A stretch of DNA of 62,703 bases, filler included, from an uncultured bacterium (GTDB lineage: Bacteria > DAOPZR01): the NCBI GenBank assembly GCA_964637655.1. It is 13 parts of 13 records of this genome, joined end to end, with 100 filler letters (N's around TTAATTAATTAA, not from the genome) between each part and the next. Parts side by side here need not be neighbours in the genome. Positions count along the whole stretch, not along the records: positions 39,251 to 43,932 come from CAZWUZ010000291.1; positions 44,033 to 48,685 come from CAZWUZ010000293.1; positions 48,786 to 53,418 come from CAZWUZ010000294.1; 10 more parts are not named here. The stretch is one strand, 5' to 3'. Under the pieces are notes generated by a model, which was given only the letters and a program-made list of their open reading frames with translations, searched no databases and had not been told where the DNA came from. The position numbers and the translations under genes were made by a program. This document shows positions 39,821 to 50,014 of this stretch, one piece after another (position 1 is the first letter of the stretch; every line of letters starts with the position of its first letter).

Positions 39821-40550
39821 CGCGCACGGCACGCGGCTGACGCTGCTGCTGATGAATTCCTTTGCCACCGATGCGGCAACCCGCGCGCATCTCGCTGCCC
39901 ACCCGGCACCGCCCGAAGTGGACGTGCGCATCTTTCTGCAGTCCGCGTTCCCCCGCCTGCGGCCCGACGGGGAACCGTTCACCTGCGACCGCGACGACCT
40001 CTGCTGCTACGGGCCCGGGCACGGCGACTTTCTCCCGGCGCTGCAGCGCAGCGAGCTGCCGCGCCTGCTCGCCGACGGGGTGCAGGTGCTGCAGTTCTCC
40101 AACCTCGACAACCTCGGGGCGGTGCTCGACCCTGCCATTGTCGGCTGGCATCTCGCGCAGGGGGCGGAGATGACCGTCGAGGTGGCGGCCAAGCGCGCGG
40201 GCGACAAGGGGGGCATGCCGGTGCGCGTCGACGGGAAGTTGCGCCTCGTCGAGGGCTTCGCGTTCCCGCCGGAATTCGACCAGGCGTGCGTGCAGGTCTT
40301 CAATACCGCGACCTATGTCTTTGCGCTTGCCGCGCTGCAGACCCCGCGCGAATTGCCGTGGTACGTGGTGGAAAAAGAGGTCGACGGGGCGAAGGTGATC
40401 CAGTTCGAACAGCTGGCCGGCGACCTGTCGACGGTGCTCGACGCGCGCTACCTCGTGGTCGATCGCGACGTGCGCTTCCATCCGGTAAAAACGCCGGCCG
40501 ACCTCGAGGCCGTGCGCCCGCGCCTGCAGGCGCTCCTCGCCGGCCGGTAG
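39821..40550 (+). CDS. UTP-glucose-1-phosphate uridylyltransferase (UDPGP family), lacking N-terminus
   Basis: LMNSFAT, F.Q..FPRL, PGHGD, SNLDNLGA, DKGG, FNT, F.PVKT..DL. Confidence 0.75.
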
Positions 40551-40557
40551 CCCCGTC

Positions 40558-41919
40558 GTGCGGCCGTACCTGACCGTTATCCTGGTGCTGCTGCCGCTGC
40601 TGCTCTGCGGGTATCGCGGCACCATCGATTCCAGTGATGCCCTCTACCGCTATCAGGGCGCGGTCGCGCTGCTGCGCGGCGCCGGGTACACCGCGACGGA
40701 CGGGACCGGCGCCGGCGTGCCGGTCCGCTACGGGCCGCTCCATTCGCTGGCGGCGCTGCCGCTCCTGGTCGCCGCGCGCGCCCTCGCTCCGCTGCTCGCG
40801 CCGCCGGTGCTCGCCCGGCTCGGTCTGCCTGCCGACGCGGCGCATGTCGCGCTGCTGACAGAACACATTACCCGCGGCGGTTTCATGCTGGCCATGCCGC
40901 TCGTCACGCTGTGTACCGCGCTGCTGCTGGTGTATACCCTGCGGCACCTGAACGTCACGCCGCGTGCGGCGTTATGGCTGACCCTGCTCTGGGCCGGCAG
41001 TACCCCCGCGCTCGTCTATGCCAACCTCGGCTTCGACGAGCCGCTGCAGGGACTGCTGCTGCTCGCGGCGTTCGCTGCCGCCCTCCGGCGGTACGGCGGA
41101 CTGGCGGGGCTCTGCCTGCTGCTGGCCACCTTCGTGCGCCCGGTGGCGCTGCTGGCCGCGCCGGCGCTCTGGCTGCTCCTTGACGATACGCTGCGACGCC
41201 CCGTACCGGCACGCCGCCTGCTGCTGGCCTGGCTGGCGGCGACGGCGCTCTTGCATCCCCTGTTCAATCTCTGGCGCTATGCCGATGCGACTGATGGCGG
41301 CTACGCGGGCATCCCGTTCAGCACGCCGCTGCCCGAGGGCCTCGCCGGCCTGCTCTTCAGTCCCGGCAAGAGCCTGTTCATCTTTTTCCCGTTCCTGCTG
41401 CTGCTCGCGGCAGGCATTCGCCTGAACTGGCGGGCGCTGCCGCGCCTGACGGTTGCGGTCGGCCTGCTGCTGGCCGCCTACCTGCTGCTCTATGCCTGCT
41501 GGTGTGACTGGAGCGGCGACACCTGCTGGGGCCCGAGATTTTTTGTGCCGCTTGGACCGCTGCTGACGCTGCTGCTGGTGCCGCTGACGCAGCATCGCGG
41601 CTGGCGCGGCGCGCTGGTTGCGGCCGGCAGTGCCGGGCTGCTGCTGACCGTGCCCGGCGCGTTGACCGACTACACCGAATTGTGGGCGCAGGTGGTGCGG
41701 CAGGAGAACGGCGATGGTGTGCGCGCACTGGCGGCGTGGCGGTATGAGTGGCAGGCGTTCGCCCCGCGTCTCGCCCTGGCCCGGCTGGCACTGCACGGAC
41801 CTGACACGCTGCTGCTGGCGCCCTATGGGGCGCGGCTGCTGCCGGGACGGGCAGCGGTGCAACTGCTGCTGGCGTGTTGCCTGCTGTACGGCATGGCGCG
41901 TGCTGTACGCCGCGTTTGA
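40558..41919 (+). CDS. Polytopic membrane protein, GT-C-like glycosyltransferase
   Basis: Many TM helices, early loop SSD, GLLFSPGKSLF, WSGDTCWGPRF. Confidence 0.6.
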   Translation: MRPYLTVILVLLPLLLCGYRGTIDSSDALYRYQGAVALLRGAGYTATDGTGAGVPVRYGPLHSLAALPLLVAARALAPLLAPPVLARLGLPADAAHVALLTEHITRGGFMLAMPLVTLCTALLLVYTLRHLNVTPRAALWLTLLWAGSTPALVYANLGFDEPLQGLLLLAAFAAALRRYGGLAGLCLLLATFVRPVALLAAPALWLLLDDTLRRPVPARRLLLAWLAATALLHPLFNLWRYADATDGGYAGIPFSTPLPEGLAGLLFSPGKSLFIFFPFLLLLAAGIRLNWRALPRLTVAVGLLLAAYLLLYACWCDWSGDTCWGPRFFVPLGPLLTLLLVPLTQHRGWRGALVAAGSAGLLLTVPGALTDYTELWAQVVRQENGDGVRALAAWRYEWQAFAPRLALARLALHGPDTLLLAPYGARLLPGRAAVQLLLACCLLYGMARAVRRV

Positions 41920-41964
41920 CAGCGGCAGCCGATTCATTTATAATACTCGTGATAAATTTCACGA
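41916..41964 (+). promoter_or_regulatory. Consensus sigma70 promoter with Rex-like operator
   Basis: TTGACA(41916)-17 nt-TATAAT(41939), followed by TCGTGATAAATTTCACGA (41947-41964). Confidence 0.75.
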
Positions 41965-41980
41965 TTGCGGGAGCCGGACT

Positions 41981-42358
41981 ATGAGCGACAGCAAGCGGAC
42001 GATACTCTGTGTGGACGACGACGCGGAACTGCTCGAAGCGCTGCGCCTGATCCTTGAAAGCGGCGGGTACACCGTCGAGACGGCGCCGAGCGCGGCGGAG
42101 GGCGTGAAGGAGTATCAGCGGGTGCAGCCCGCGCTGGTCTTCGTCGACCTGATGATGGAGACCGTCGACGCGGGGCTCGACTTCGTCCGCCAGGCGCGGG
42201 CGCTCGGCGCGAAGGTGCCCATCTACCTGCTCAGCTCCGTCGGCAATGATATGCGCAGCAACACGGACGCGGGGACGCTCGGCATCACCGCGATCCTCGA
42301 GAAGCCGCTCGATCCGCAGCGGCTGCTGGCGCTGGTCCGCGCCAAGCTCGGCGCCTGA
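41981..42358 (+). CDS. Single-domain response regulator
   Basis: ILCVDDD, VDLMM, LSS, EKP. Confidence 0.9.
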   Translation: MSDSKRTILCVDDDAELLEALRLILESGGYTVETAPSAAEGVKEYQRVQPALVFVDLMMETVDAGLDFVRQARALGAKVPIYLLSSVGNDMRSNTDAGTLGITAILEKPLDPQRLLALVRAKLGA

Positions 42359-42386
42359 GCGCGCGTCAACGGAAAGAGGGAGAGCG

Positions 42387-43932
42387 ATGAACCAGGCACT
42401 GACCGCGGCGGTGACGGAGATTTGCCGCCGCTACGATAATGACCGCACGCGCATGATGGATATCGTCATCGCCGTGCAGCAGCGCTTCGGCTGCGTTTCC
42501 GTCGCGGCGATGGAAACGATCGCCGCGGCTGCCGGCACGCAGCGTGTCGAGGTGGAGAGCGTGGTCACCTTCTACGCCTTTCTCTCGACGCAGCCGCAGG
42601 GGAAGGTGACGATCCGCCTGTGCAACGACATCGTCGACTGGATGAAGGGCGCCGAGACGGTGGCGGATGCCATCTGCAAGGAACTCGGGGTCATGCCGGG
42701 CGAAACGACGGCGGACGGCGCAATCACCTTCAGCCGCACCCCCTGCATCGGCATGAGCGACCAGGCGCCCGCGGCGCTGGTCAATGACACGGTCGTCACC
42801 AACCTGTCGCCCGAGCGCGCGCGCATGATGGTGCGCGAACTGCGCAAGCACCTCGACCCGGCGCAGCTGGTCACGGTGGTCGGCGACGGCAACAATGCCC
42901 ACCCGCTGGTGCGCTCGATGGTGCGCAACAATATCCGCCGGCGCGGCCCGGTCCTGTTCGCCGGTTTTGCCGCGGGGAGCGCGCTGCAGAAGGCGCTGGC
43001 GCTCGACCCGGGCGCGGTCATCACCGAGGTCAAGGAATCGCGCCTGCGCGGGCGTGGCGGCGCCGGTTTCCCCACCGGCCTCAAGTGGGACTTCGCGCGC
43101 AACGCCCCGGGCACACAGCGCTATGTGCTGTGCAATGCCGATGAGGGTGAACCCGGGACGTTCAAGGACCGCGCCCTGCTCACCGAGAGCGCCGACCTGA
43201 TGTTCGAGGGGATGACCATCGCCGGCTACGCGGTGGGGAGCGATACCGGCATCGTCTACCTGCGCGGCGAGTACGCCTACCTCAAGCCGTACCTCGACGA
43301 CGTCATCGCCAGACGGCGGCAGGCGGGGCTGCTGGGCAGCGACATCCTCGGGAAAAAGGGCTTCGCCTTCGATATTCGCATCCAGCTCGGGGCCGGCGCC
43401 TACGTCTGCGGCGAGGAGACCGCGCTGATCAGTTCCTGCGAAGGGCTGCGCGGCGACCCGAAAAACCGCCCCCCCTTCCCGCCGCAGCAGGGCTACCGCG
43501 GCTGTCCGACCATCGTCAACAACGTCGAGACGTTCTGCTGCGCCGCGCGCATCCTGCTCGAAGGGTCAGCGTGGTTCAAGGCGATGGGCTCGGCGAAGAC
43601 CACCGGGACCAAGGCGCTGTCGATCTCGGGCGACTGCCGCAAGCCGGGCATCTACGAGGTCCCCTTCGGCATCACCGCGAAGGAACTGCTCGGCATGGTC
43701 GAGGCGGACAATCCCGGCTCGCTGCTGATTGGCGGTCCCTGCCGGCAGATGATCAGCGCTACGGAGCAGACGGGGATCATCTGCTATGACGACCTCGCCA
43801 CCGGCGGCTCGATCATCGTTTTCAACCGCGCGCGCAACCAGCTCGAGATCGCCGAGCACTACCTCGATTTCTTCATCGAGGAGTCGTGCGGGCACTGCAC
43901 CCCCTGCCGCGTCGGGCTCGTCCTGCTCAAGC
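42387..43932 (+). CDS. hoxF: HoxF-type NuoE+NuoF diaphorase subunit of an NAD-linked hydrogenase/dehydrogenase (3' truncated)
   Basis: NuoE-like N-domain (CIGMSDQAPA), LRGRGGAGFPTG.KW, NADEGEPGTFKDR, GAYVCGEETAL, ESCGHCTPCR. Confidence 0.82.
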
Positions 43933-44032
43933 NNNNNNNNNNNNNNNNNNNNNNNNNNNNNNNNNNNNNNNNNNNNTTAATTAATTAANNNNNNNNNNNN
44001 NNNNNNNNNNNNNNNNNNNNNNNNNNNNNNNN

Positions 44033-45227
44033 CCGACGTGCCGGTGAACTGCGGCTGCAGGCCGGCGGAGACCACGGTGAATACGCGCGCGCCGGCGGGA
44101 GTGGGATGCTCCGCCGCGGCCGCGACGAGCCCGGCCAGCGGTGCCGTGCACTGCCGCAAGTACGACGCATTGACCAGCAGCAGCTCGCCCGCCAGCAGGA
44201 CGAGCAGCAGCGCGCGCGCGCGCTGCCGCAGGCGGGCGAAACGGGCGGCGGCAACAGCGACCATCAGGACGATGGCGAAGACAAACAGTTTGTCGGGGTA
44301 GCGGAAGAGGTTGAGCGGCAGTGCGTTCGCCCCATACACACAGAACACCGTGACCAGCACGGCGGCAAGTGCTGTGCGCGGCCGCAGGGGGAGGCCGCAG
44401 ACAAACAGCAGGAGGACGGTGATGCCCGCATAGCGGGTCGGGTAGAGGGTGGCGGTTGCCGGTCCCTGCTGCGGCATGAACAGGCCGCGCAGACCGTCAG
44501 CGGTGAGACGGAAGTCCTGTGCCGGTGTCGCCTGCGCGTACGAGGAATGGACAAAAAACTCCGCGAAGGAGAAGAGCGGCATGAAACAGAGCGCGGCGCT
44601 GAGCAGCGCGACGGTGCGCAGGCGCGCGGCAGGTATCCCCTGCCGGCGCAGGTACGGAATGGCGGCCGCCAGCGCGGGGAGGGCGAGCAGGAAGAAGGCC
44701 AGTCCGCCCGCAGTGAGCGCGCAGTAGAGGAGCGGCGGAAGCCAGTACAGCCGGCAGGGGGAATGGGCGGCAGTGACGATGACATAGGCGAGCGGGAAGA
44801 GCATGGCAAGCGTCGCGAAGTAGCTGGTGAACTCGCTGAGTGAAAGGATGGCACCGCTGCCGGTGACGGCAACAGCGCAGAAGAGCCCGGTGGTACTGTC
44901 ATGGAAACGGCGGCCGAGCAGAAACGCGAAAACGAAGATGACGGCAAAGCCGAGCAGCAGCGCGGCATTGTACGCGGCGGCGAAGGGGAGCAGGCGGAAG
45001 AGAAGCGTCTGCGGGTGCCAGAACTGGTACTGCGGGTCGGCGTAGGCGGGGACGCCGAGCGCGTTGCCGTCCCACCAGAGCCCCGGCTGTGTGGCAAGAT
45101 GATAGCGGCAGGGGAGAAAGTAGTTGCTGTGGTCGCGGAACACGGGAACGTCCGTCATGCTGCAGAGCGGCAGCAGCAGCAGCACGAACCAGCAGGCGGC
45201 GACCAGGAACCTCAGCACGGCGGTCAT
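44033..45227 (-). CDS. YfhO-like polytopic membrane protein (3' truncated)
   Basis: FRDHSNYFLP, LWW...LGVPAYADPQ..FWHP, many TM helices, FRYPDK. Confidence 0.65.
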
Positions 45228-45328
45228 GGCCGCATTGTAGGGTATGACCGGTCGGCGGTCAACTGCGCTGTTTGCACCGCTGCGGCGCGGCTGCTACACT
45301 GCGTGCGGCACAACGACGGAGGATGGCG

Positions 45329-45778
45329 ATGCAGTACAGCACGGCGGCACTGGGGCGGGTATTCACGGTACGGCTGGAGGACGGCGACATCGTGCACGAA
45401 TGCCTCGAAGGGCTGGCGCGCACGGAGAAGATCGGCGCGGCGGCGGTTATCCTCGTCGGCGGTGCTGACGAGGGAAGCCGGCTGGTGACAGGTCCGGCGG
45501 CGTCACGCGCCACCCCCATCGTCCCGGTGACCAGCGTGCTCGACGGGGTGCACGAGGCGGCAGGGGTGGGTACCATCTTCCCCGATGCGCAGGGTGAGCC
45601 GAAACTGCACCTGCACGCCGCCTGCGGGCGCGGCACCGACACCGTCACCGGCTGCGTCCGCGCCGGGATGAAAACCTGGCATATCCTCGAAGCGGTGGTC
45701 ATCGAATTGTGCGGCTCACCTGCGGTGCGCCGCCACGACCCGGTGACCGGTTTCGAACTCCTGCAGCCGCGCGGTTGA
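45329..45778 (+). CDS. PPC/DUF296 domain protein
   Basis: GRVFTVRLEDG, GVGTI, HLHAACG, LEAVVIE. Confidence 0.85.
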   Translation: MQYSTAALGRVFTVRLEDGDIVHECLEGLARTEKIGAAAVILVGGADEGSRLVTGPAASRATPIVPVTSVLDGVHEAAGVGTIFPDAQGEPKLHLHAACGRGTDTVTGCVRAGMKTWHILEAVVIELCGSPAVRRHDPVTGFELLQPRG

Positions 45779-45810
45779 CAAGCGCGACCGCCTGCGGTAG
45801 GTTGCCCCGC

Positions 45811-47376
45811 ATGGGCAGGGGATTTCTTTTTCTTCTGATAGCGGCAGCACTGTGCGGCACCGCCGCCGCGGATGATGTGTCGCTCATCCCGCCGGCGCTC
45901 ACGGCGGTGGCAGTGCATGACGGGCAGATTATCGCCGGGGCGGGTGACGGCCTGCTGCTGCGGGTCGACCCGCATGCCCGCACGGCAACAACACTGTTGC
46001 CTGCTGATGGCGATGCCATTCGCGCGGTGCTGGCGCGCGCGGACGGGATGTATGTCCTCAGTGCGCGCGGGCTGCGTCGTCTCGACAGCGACAGCAGTGT
46101 CCCCTGGGTGCTTGGCCCGTGGAGCGGGCAGGAGGCGGAAGACGATGCGCACCCCGCGGCCTGCACGACGCTAATCGACGGTGATGACGCGCTCTACCTG
46201 CATGGCTTCCGCAGCATCTACCGGCTGGCCGGTGGCGAAGCCCAGCCGCTCATCCGCAGCAGCGAAAACATCAGCACGGTGACGGTGGCTGAGGGGACGG
46301 TCTGGTTCGGCACCCTGCACGGGCTTTACCGCTGGGCGCCGGGCCTGACCGAGGCGGAGGCAGTAAGCCCCAGCCAGTTCGGCCTGATGGTCCCGCTCTG
46401 CCTGCTGCATCATGCACGGCACGAACGTGAAGACCTGTTCGCCACGCTCGGGGCCGGCCTGCTGCGGCGCGGCCCCGACGGGGCATGGCAGACCGATACG
46501 CGTGAACCGTCACTGCTGCGCCTCTGGCCGCTGGCGGACGGGGTGCTGGCGCTGGCGGCACCGGCGCGCTGGCGGTTGCTGACGGAGGACGGCTGGCGCG
46601 ATGCCGCCGTCCCCTTCCCGCCGCCTGGAACACGGGCATCGGGGGGCGTCGGGTCGGCAGTTAGTCGGCCGGGTGACTACCTCTGCTGGTGGCGGCAGGG
46701 TGACGGCGACTGGGAGGAACTCTTTGCCGGGCGTACGCAGGTCTATTACCGCGGCGCCCCGCGCCAGAGCGCGCCGCCGGCGGCAACAGCGCCGCGCGGG
46801 CGCCGGCCGGCGGCATGGACGGCACTGGCGGCGGCTGCGCTGCGGCTCTTCCTGCTGTGGCGCCGCCGGCGGGCTGCTGCCCCGGCACTCCCGGTGGAGG
46901 AACCGCCGGTCGCGTGGCGGGAAACGCCGCCGGCACTGCCGCCCCTGCTGCCGCTGCCCGCCTGGCGCGCGCAGCTCGCGTCGCTGCACCCGGCGCTGGA
47001 AGCGCTGCTCAGCGAGCAGGAACGACTTCACGCTGAACAGGCAGCGCTGCCGGCGGCGGAGACGGAAAACGAGGCGGTGCAGGCACGGTTCCGGCAGCGG
47101 ACACGCGAATTGAAAGAACGCGCGGCTGAGCAGCAGCTGCGGATGCGCGATTGCACGCAGCGGCTGACGGAGGAACTGGCCGGGCTTGCCCGCGAGCAGC
47201 AGTCGCTGCAGGCGGACCAGGCGCGCCTGGAGACGGATTACCGCGAGCGGCGTCTTGATCGCGGCGAGTACCGCGCCTGGCGGCGGCGCCTGCAGGCACG
47301 GCAGGCGGCGGCGGAGCACGAACTGGCGGCACGCCGTGCGCTGCAGCGCGAATTCGCGGATGTTCTTACGCTGTAG
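45811..47376 (+). CDS. Hypothetical protein: signal peptide, beta-propeller-like domain, TM helix, coiled coil
   Basis: VWFGTLHGLYRW-type blades, hydrophobic segment ending WRRRR, heptad C-terminus. Confidence 0.6.
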   Translation: MGRGFLFLLIAAALCGTAAADDVSLIPPALTAVAVHDGQIIAGAGDGLLLRVDPHARTATTLLPADGDAIRAVLARADGMYVLSARGLRRLDSDSSVPWVLGPWSGQEAEDDAHPAACTTLIDGDDALYLHGFRSIYRLAGGEAQPLIRSSENISTVTVAEGTVWFGTLHGLYRWAPGLTEAEAVSPSQFGLMVPLCLLHHARHEREDLFATLGAGLLRRGPDGAWQTDTREPSLLRLWPLADGVLALAAPARWRLLTEDGWRDAAVPFPPPGTRASGGVGSAVSRPGDYLCWWRQGDGDWEELFAGRTQVYYRGAPRQSAPPAATAPRGRRPAAWTALAAAALRLFLLWRRRRAAAPALPVEEPPVAWRETPPALPPLLPLPAWRAQLASLHPALEALLSEQERLHAEQAALPAAETENEAVQARFRQRTRELKERAAEQQLRMRDCTQRLTEELAGLAREQQSLQADQARLETDYRERRLDRGEYRAWRRRLQARQAAAEHELAARRALQREFADVLTL

Positions 47377-48685
47377 CGTCGCGCTGCTGCTGGCGTGGTG
47401 CGCCGGCTGCAGTGATGCTGCCGGGCCGGCCTCACCGTCGACGGATGCTGCGGCACAGCGGCAGCAGGCATCGCTGCGTCAGGCGGCGGAGCATTACGCT
47501 GCGCAGGTGCGGCACGACCCGCGCAGCAGCGCGGCGCATGAGGGACTGGCGGCGGCGCTGGCGGCGCTTGGTGACACGGCCGGGGCGCGGGCGCATCGCG
47601 AAACCGCTCTGCAACTTGACCCGGGGCGCTGGCGCACGCGCCTGCTGCTCGCCCAGCAGCTGGCACAGGCAGGCGCAGGTGCCGCGGCCCGCCCGCACGC
47701 CGAAACGGTGCTGCTTGCGCAGCCGCAGCAGCGTGACGCGTTGCTGTTGCGGCTGACGCTGGCGACCTCACCGGCTGACACCATGGCGCTGGCGGTTTGC
47801 GCCCGGCTGCTGCCGCTGGCGCGTACGGATACCGCCATCCGCCATGCGGCGACGGCATTCATGGCCGGGCATACCGCCGCCCTGACGGCTGCCGGGGAGG
47901 CGGACGCGGCGGCGGGACTGCTGCAGCAGGCGCTGCAGCAGCTGCCGGATGACCCGGTGCTGCTGCTGGCGCTGGCGGCAGCGGAGCGCGCGGCCGGACG
48001 CCCGCTGCAGGCGCGGCACCTGCTCGACGGGCTGCAGCAGCGGCTGCCTGACGACCGTGCCATCGCCGCGGCGCGGGCTGATGTCGAAACCCTCTTTTCC
48101 CCCGTCTCCGCGCTCGCCTTGTGGCGCGGGCTCGCTGACCGGGGTGAACTTTCCGACACGGAAAACACCGGGTATGCCGCGGCCCTGCTGTCCGACGGGA
48201 AGACGGCAGAAGCGCAGACGCTGCTGGCGGCGGCCGACGGGGTTAGCGGGGAGATAGCCGTGCGGCGTGCCGGCCTGCTGGCGCTGGCGGGTGATGTGCC
48301 GCTGGCACGGTCGGTGCTCGAGACAGTGCTGAACGAAACACCGACACTGCCGGCGACACGGCTGGCTGCTGACCTGGCGATGCGCGCGGGTGACGAGGCG
48401 GCGGCCATACGCCATTGGCAGAGCGTGCGGCGTCTCGCGCCGGCGGACAGCGTTGCGGCACTGGCGCTGGCGCAGCGCCTGCAGGCAGGTGGCGACGGAG
48501 CCGGTGCGCTGACGGTGCTCGGCGAGGCGTTGCGTGCCGGGTGCAGTGACCCGGCGGTGGCGGAGGCCGCGCTGACCGGTGCGGCCGCCTGGCTGCGCGC
48601 GGCCCCGGCCGCGGCACTGCCGGCGCGCTGGCAGCGGGCTGAGGCACTGCTGGGCGAAAGCCCGCGCCTGCTGCTGGCGGGCGCC
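47360..48685 (+). CDS. TPR-repeat lipoprotein (3' truncated)
   Basis: Lipobox-like AWCAGC, Ala/Leu-rich TPR-like repeats. Confidence 0.65.
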
Positions 48686-48785
48686 NNNNNNNNNNNNNNN
48701 NNNNNNNNNNNNNNNNNNNNNNNNNNNNNTTAATTAATTAANNNNNNNNNNNNNNNNNNNNNNNNNNNNNNNNNNNNNNNNNNNN

Positions 48786-48887
48786 GTCGGCGCCATCGTC
48801 GCGGCGGGCGCGGTTGTCACGCGCGACGTGCCGGCCGGCACGAAGGTCGGCGGCGTGCCGGCACGGGCACTGCCGGAGCACGCGTGA
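48786..48887 (+). CDS. Hexapeptide acyltransferase, C-terminal fragment
   Basis: GAIVAAGAVVTRDVPAGTKVGGVPAR. Confidence 0.8.
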   Translation, partial: VGAIVAAGAVVTRDVPAGTKVGGVPARALPEHA

Positions 48888-50014
48888 GGATTCTCTTCCT
48901 CTCCCCGTTTTCCCCCTACCCGCCGGACGAGGGGGGAAAGCGGCGGGTCTATCACCTGCTCGAACACCTGCGGCAACAGCACCAGGTGACGCTGATCACC
49001 TACGACCGCGGTGAAACCGGTAACGCGCCCGCCGGCATGCGCTGCATCCGCGTCCCCTACCGCGGCGCGCGCGGTTCGCTGCTGCGCCGCGCGGCGCGCC
49101 TCTGCTCGCGCCTTCCCGACCTGGCGGCAAAACTGGCGCGGCCTGAACTGCGCACCGCCGTGCGGCAGGAACTGGCGCTCCGTCCCGCGCTCGTCTGGGT
49201 CGAGGAGTCGCCGCTGGCGCACGCGCTGCCGGCACGGCTCGACATACCACTCATCATCGGCGAGCAGAATATCGAGTCGGAGTTGTGGCGGGCGACGGGT
49301 CGCGGCCCGCGCGCGGAGCACGAGCAGCGGCGCCTGCGCGCCTTCGAAACGAAACAGTGGCAGCGCGCCGGCGCCCTCGCGGTGGTCAGTGCGGAGGATG
49401 CCGCCGCGGTACGCGCGCGCGTCCCGTCCGCGCGCGTCGTGGTGCTCGCCAACGGCGTCGATACCGCCGCGTTCACCCCGCCCCGCGCCCCGCGCGGTCC
49501 GCTCCTCTTCGTCGGATCGCTCGGCCACCCGCCCAACCGCGACGGCCTGCGCTGGCTGCTGCGCGACATCCTGCCGCGACTGCGCGCGCGCGTCCCGGAA
49601 GCGCGACTGCTCATCGCGGGACGCGGCAGCGAGACCCTGCGCGACCTCCCGGCCGGGGTGCAGACCCTGGGCTGCGTTGCCGATATCCGCGACGTGTACC
49701 GGCGCGGCGCGCTGCTGCTGGTGCCGCTGCGCGACGGCGGCGGTTCGCGCCTCAAGATCGTCGAGGCCTGGGCGAGCGGACTCCCCGTAGTGAGCACGAC
49801 CGCCGGCGCGGCCGGCCTGCGTGATGCCGCCGCGCACTGCGCCATCGCCGACACGGCGGACGCGTTCGCTGACGCCACCGCGCTGCTGCTGGCACAGCCG
49901 GCACGGGCGGAGGAGCTGGCACGCCAGGCGCGCCGGCATGCCGAACGCCATTACAGCTGGCAGGCAACGCTGGCGCCGCTCGACGCGCTGCTCGCGCAGG
50001 CGGTAAAACAATGA
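48884..50014 (+). CDS. Glycosyltransferase family 4
   Basis: PYPPDEGG, NGVD, PNRDG, GGGSRLKIVEAWASG. Confidence 0.9.
   Translation: MRILFLSPFSPYPPDEGGKRRVYHLLEHLRQQHQVTLITYDRGETGNAPAGMRCIRVPYRGARGSLLRRAARLCSRLPDLAAKLARPELRTAVRQELALRPALVWVEESPLAHALPARLDIPLIIGEQNIESELWRATGRGPRAEHEQRRLRAFETKQWQRAGALAVVSAEDAAAVRARVPSARVVVLANGVDTAAFTPPRAPRGPLLFVGSLGHPPNRDGLRWLLRDILPRLRARVPEARLLIAGRGSETLRDLPAGVQTLGCVADIRDVYRRGALLLVPLRDGGGSRLKIVEAWASGLPVVSTTAGAAGLRDAAAHCAIADTADAFADATALLLAQPARAEELARQARRHAERHYSWQATLAPLDALLAQAVKQ

Noticed and set aside
43731..43790. GGPCRQ where NuoF/HoxF usually has GGPSG
   Set aside because: The frame stays open and downstream motifs are intact; probably local divergence or low-coverage error near a contig end.
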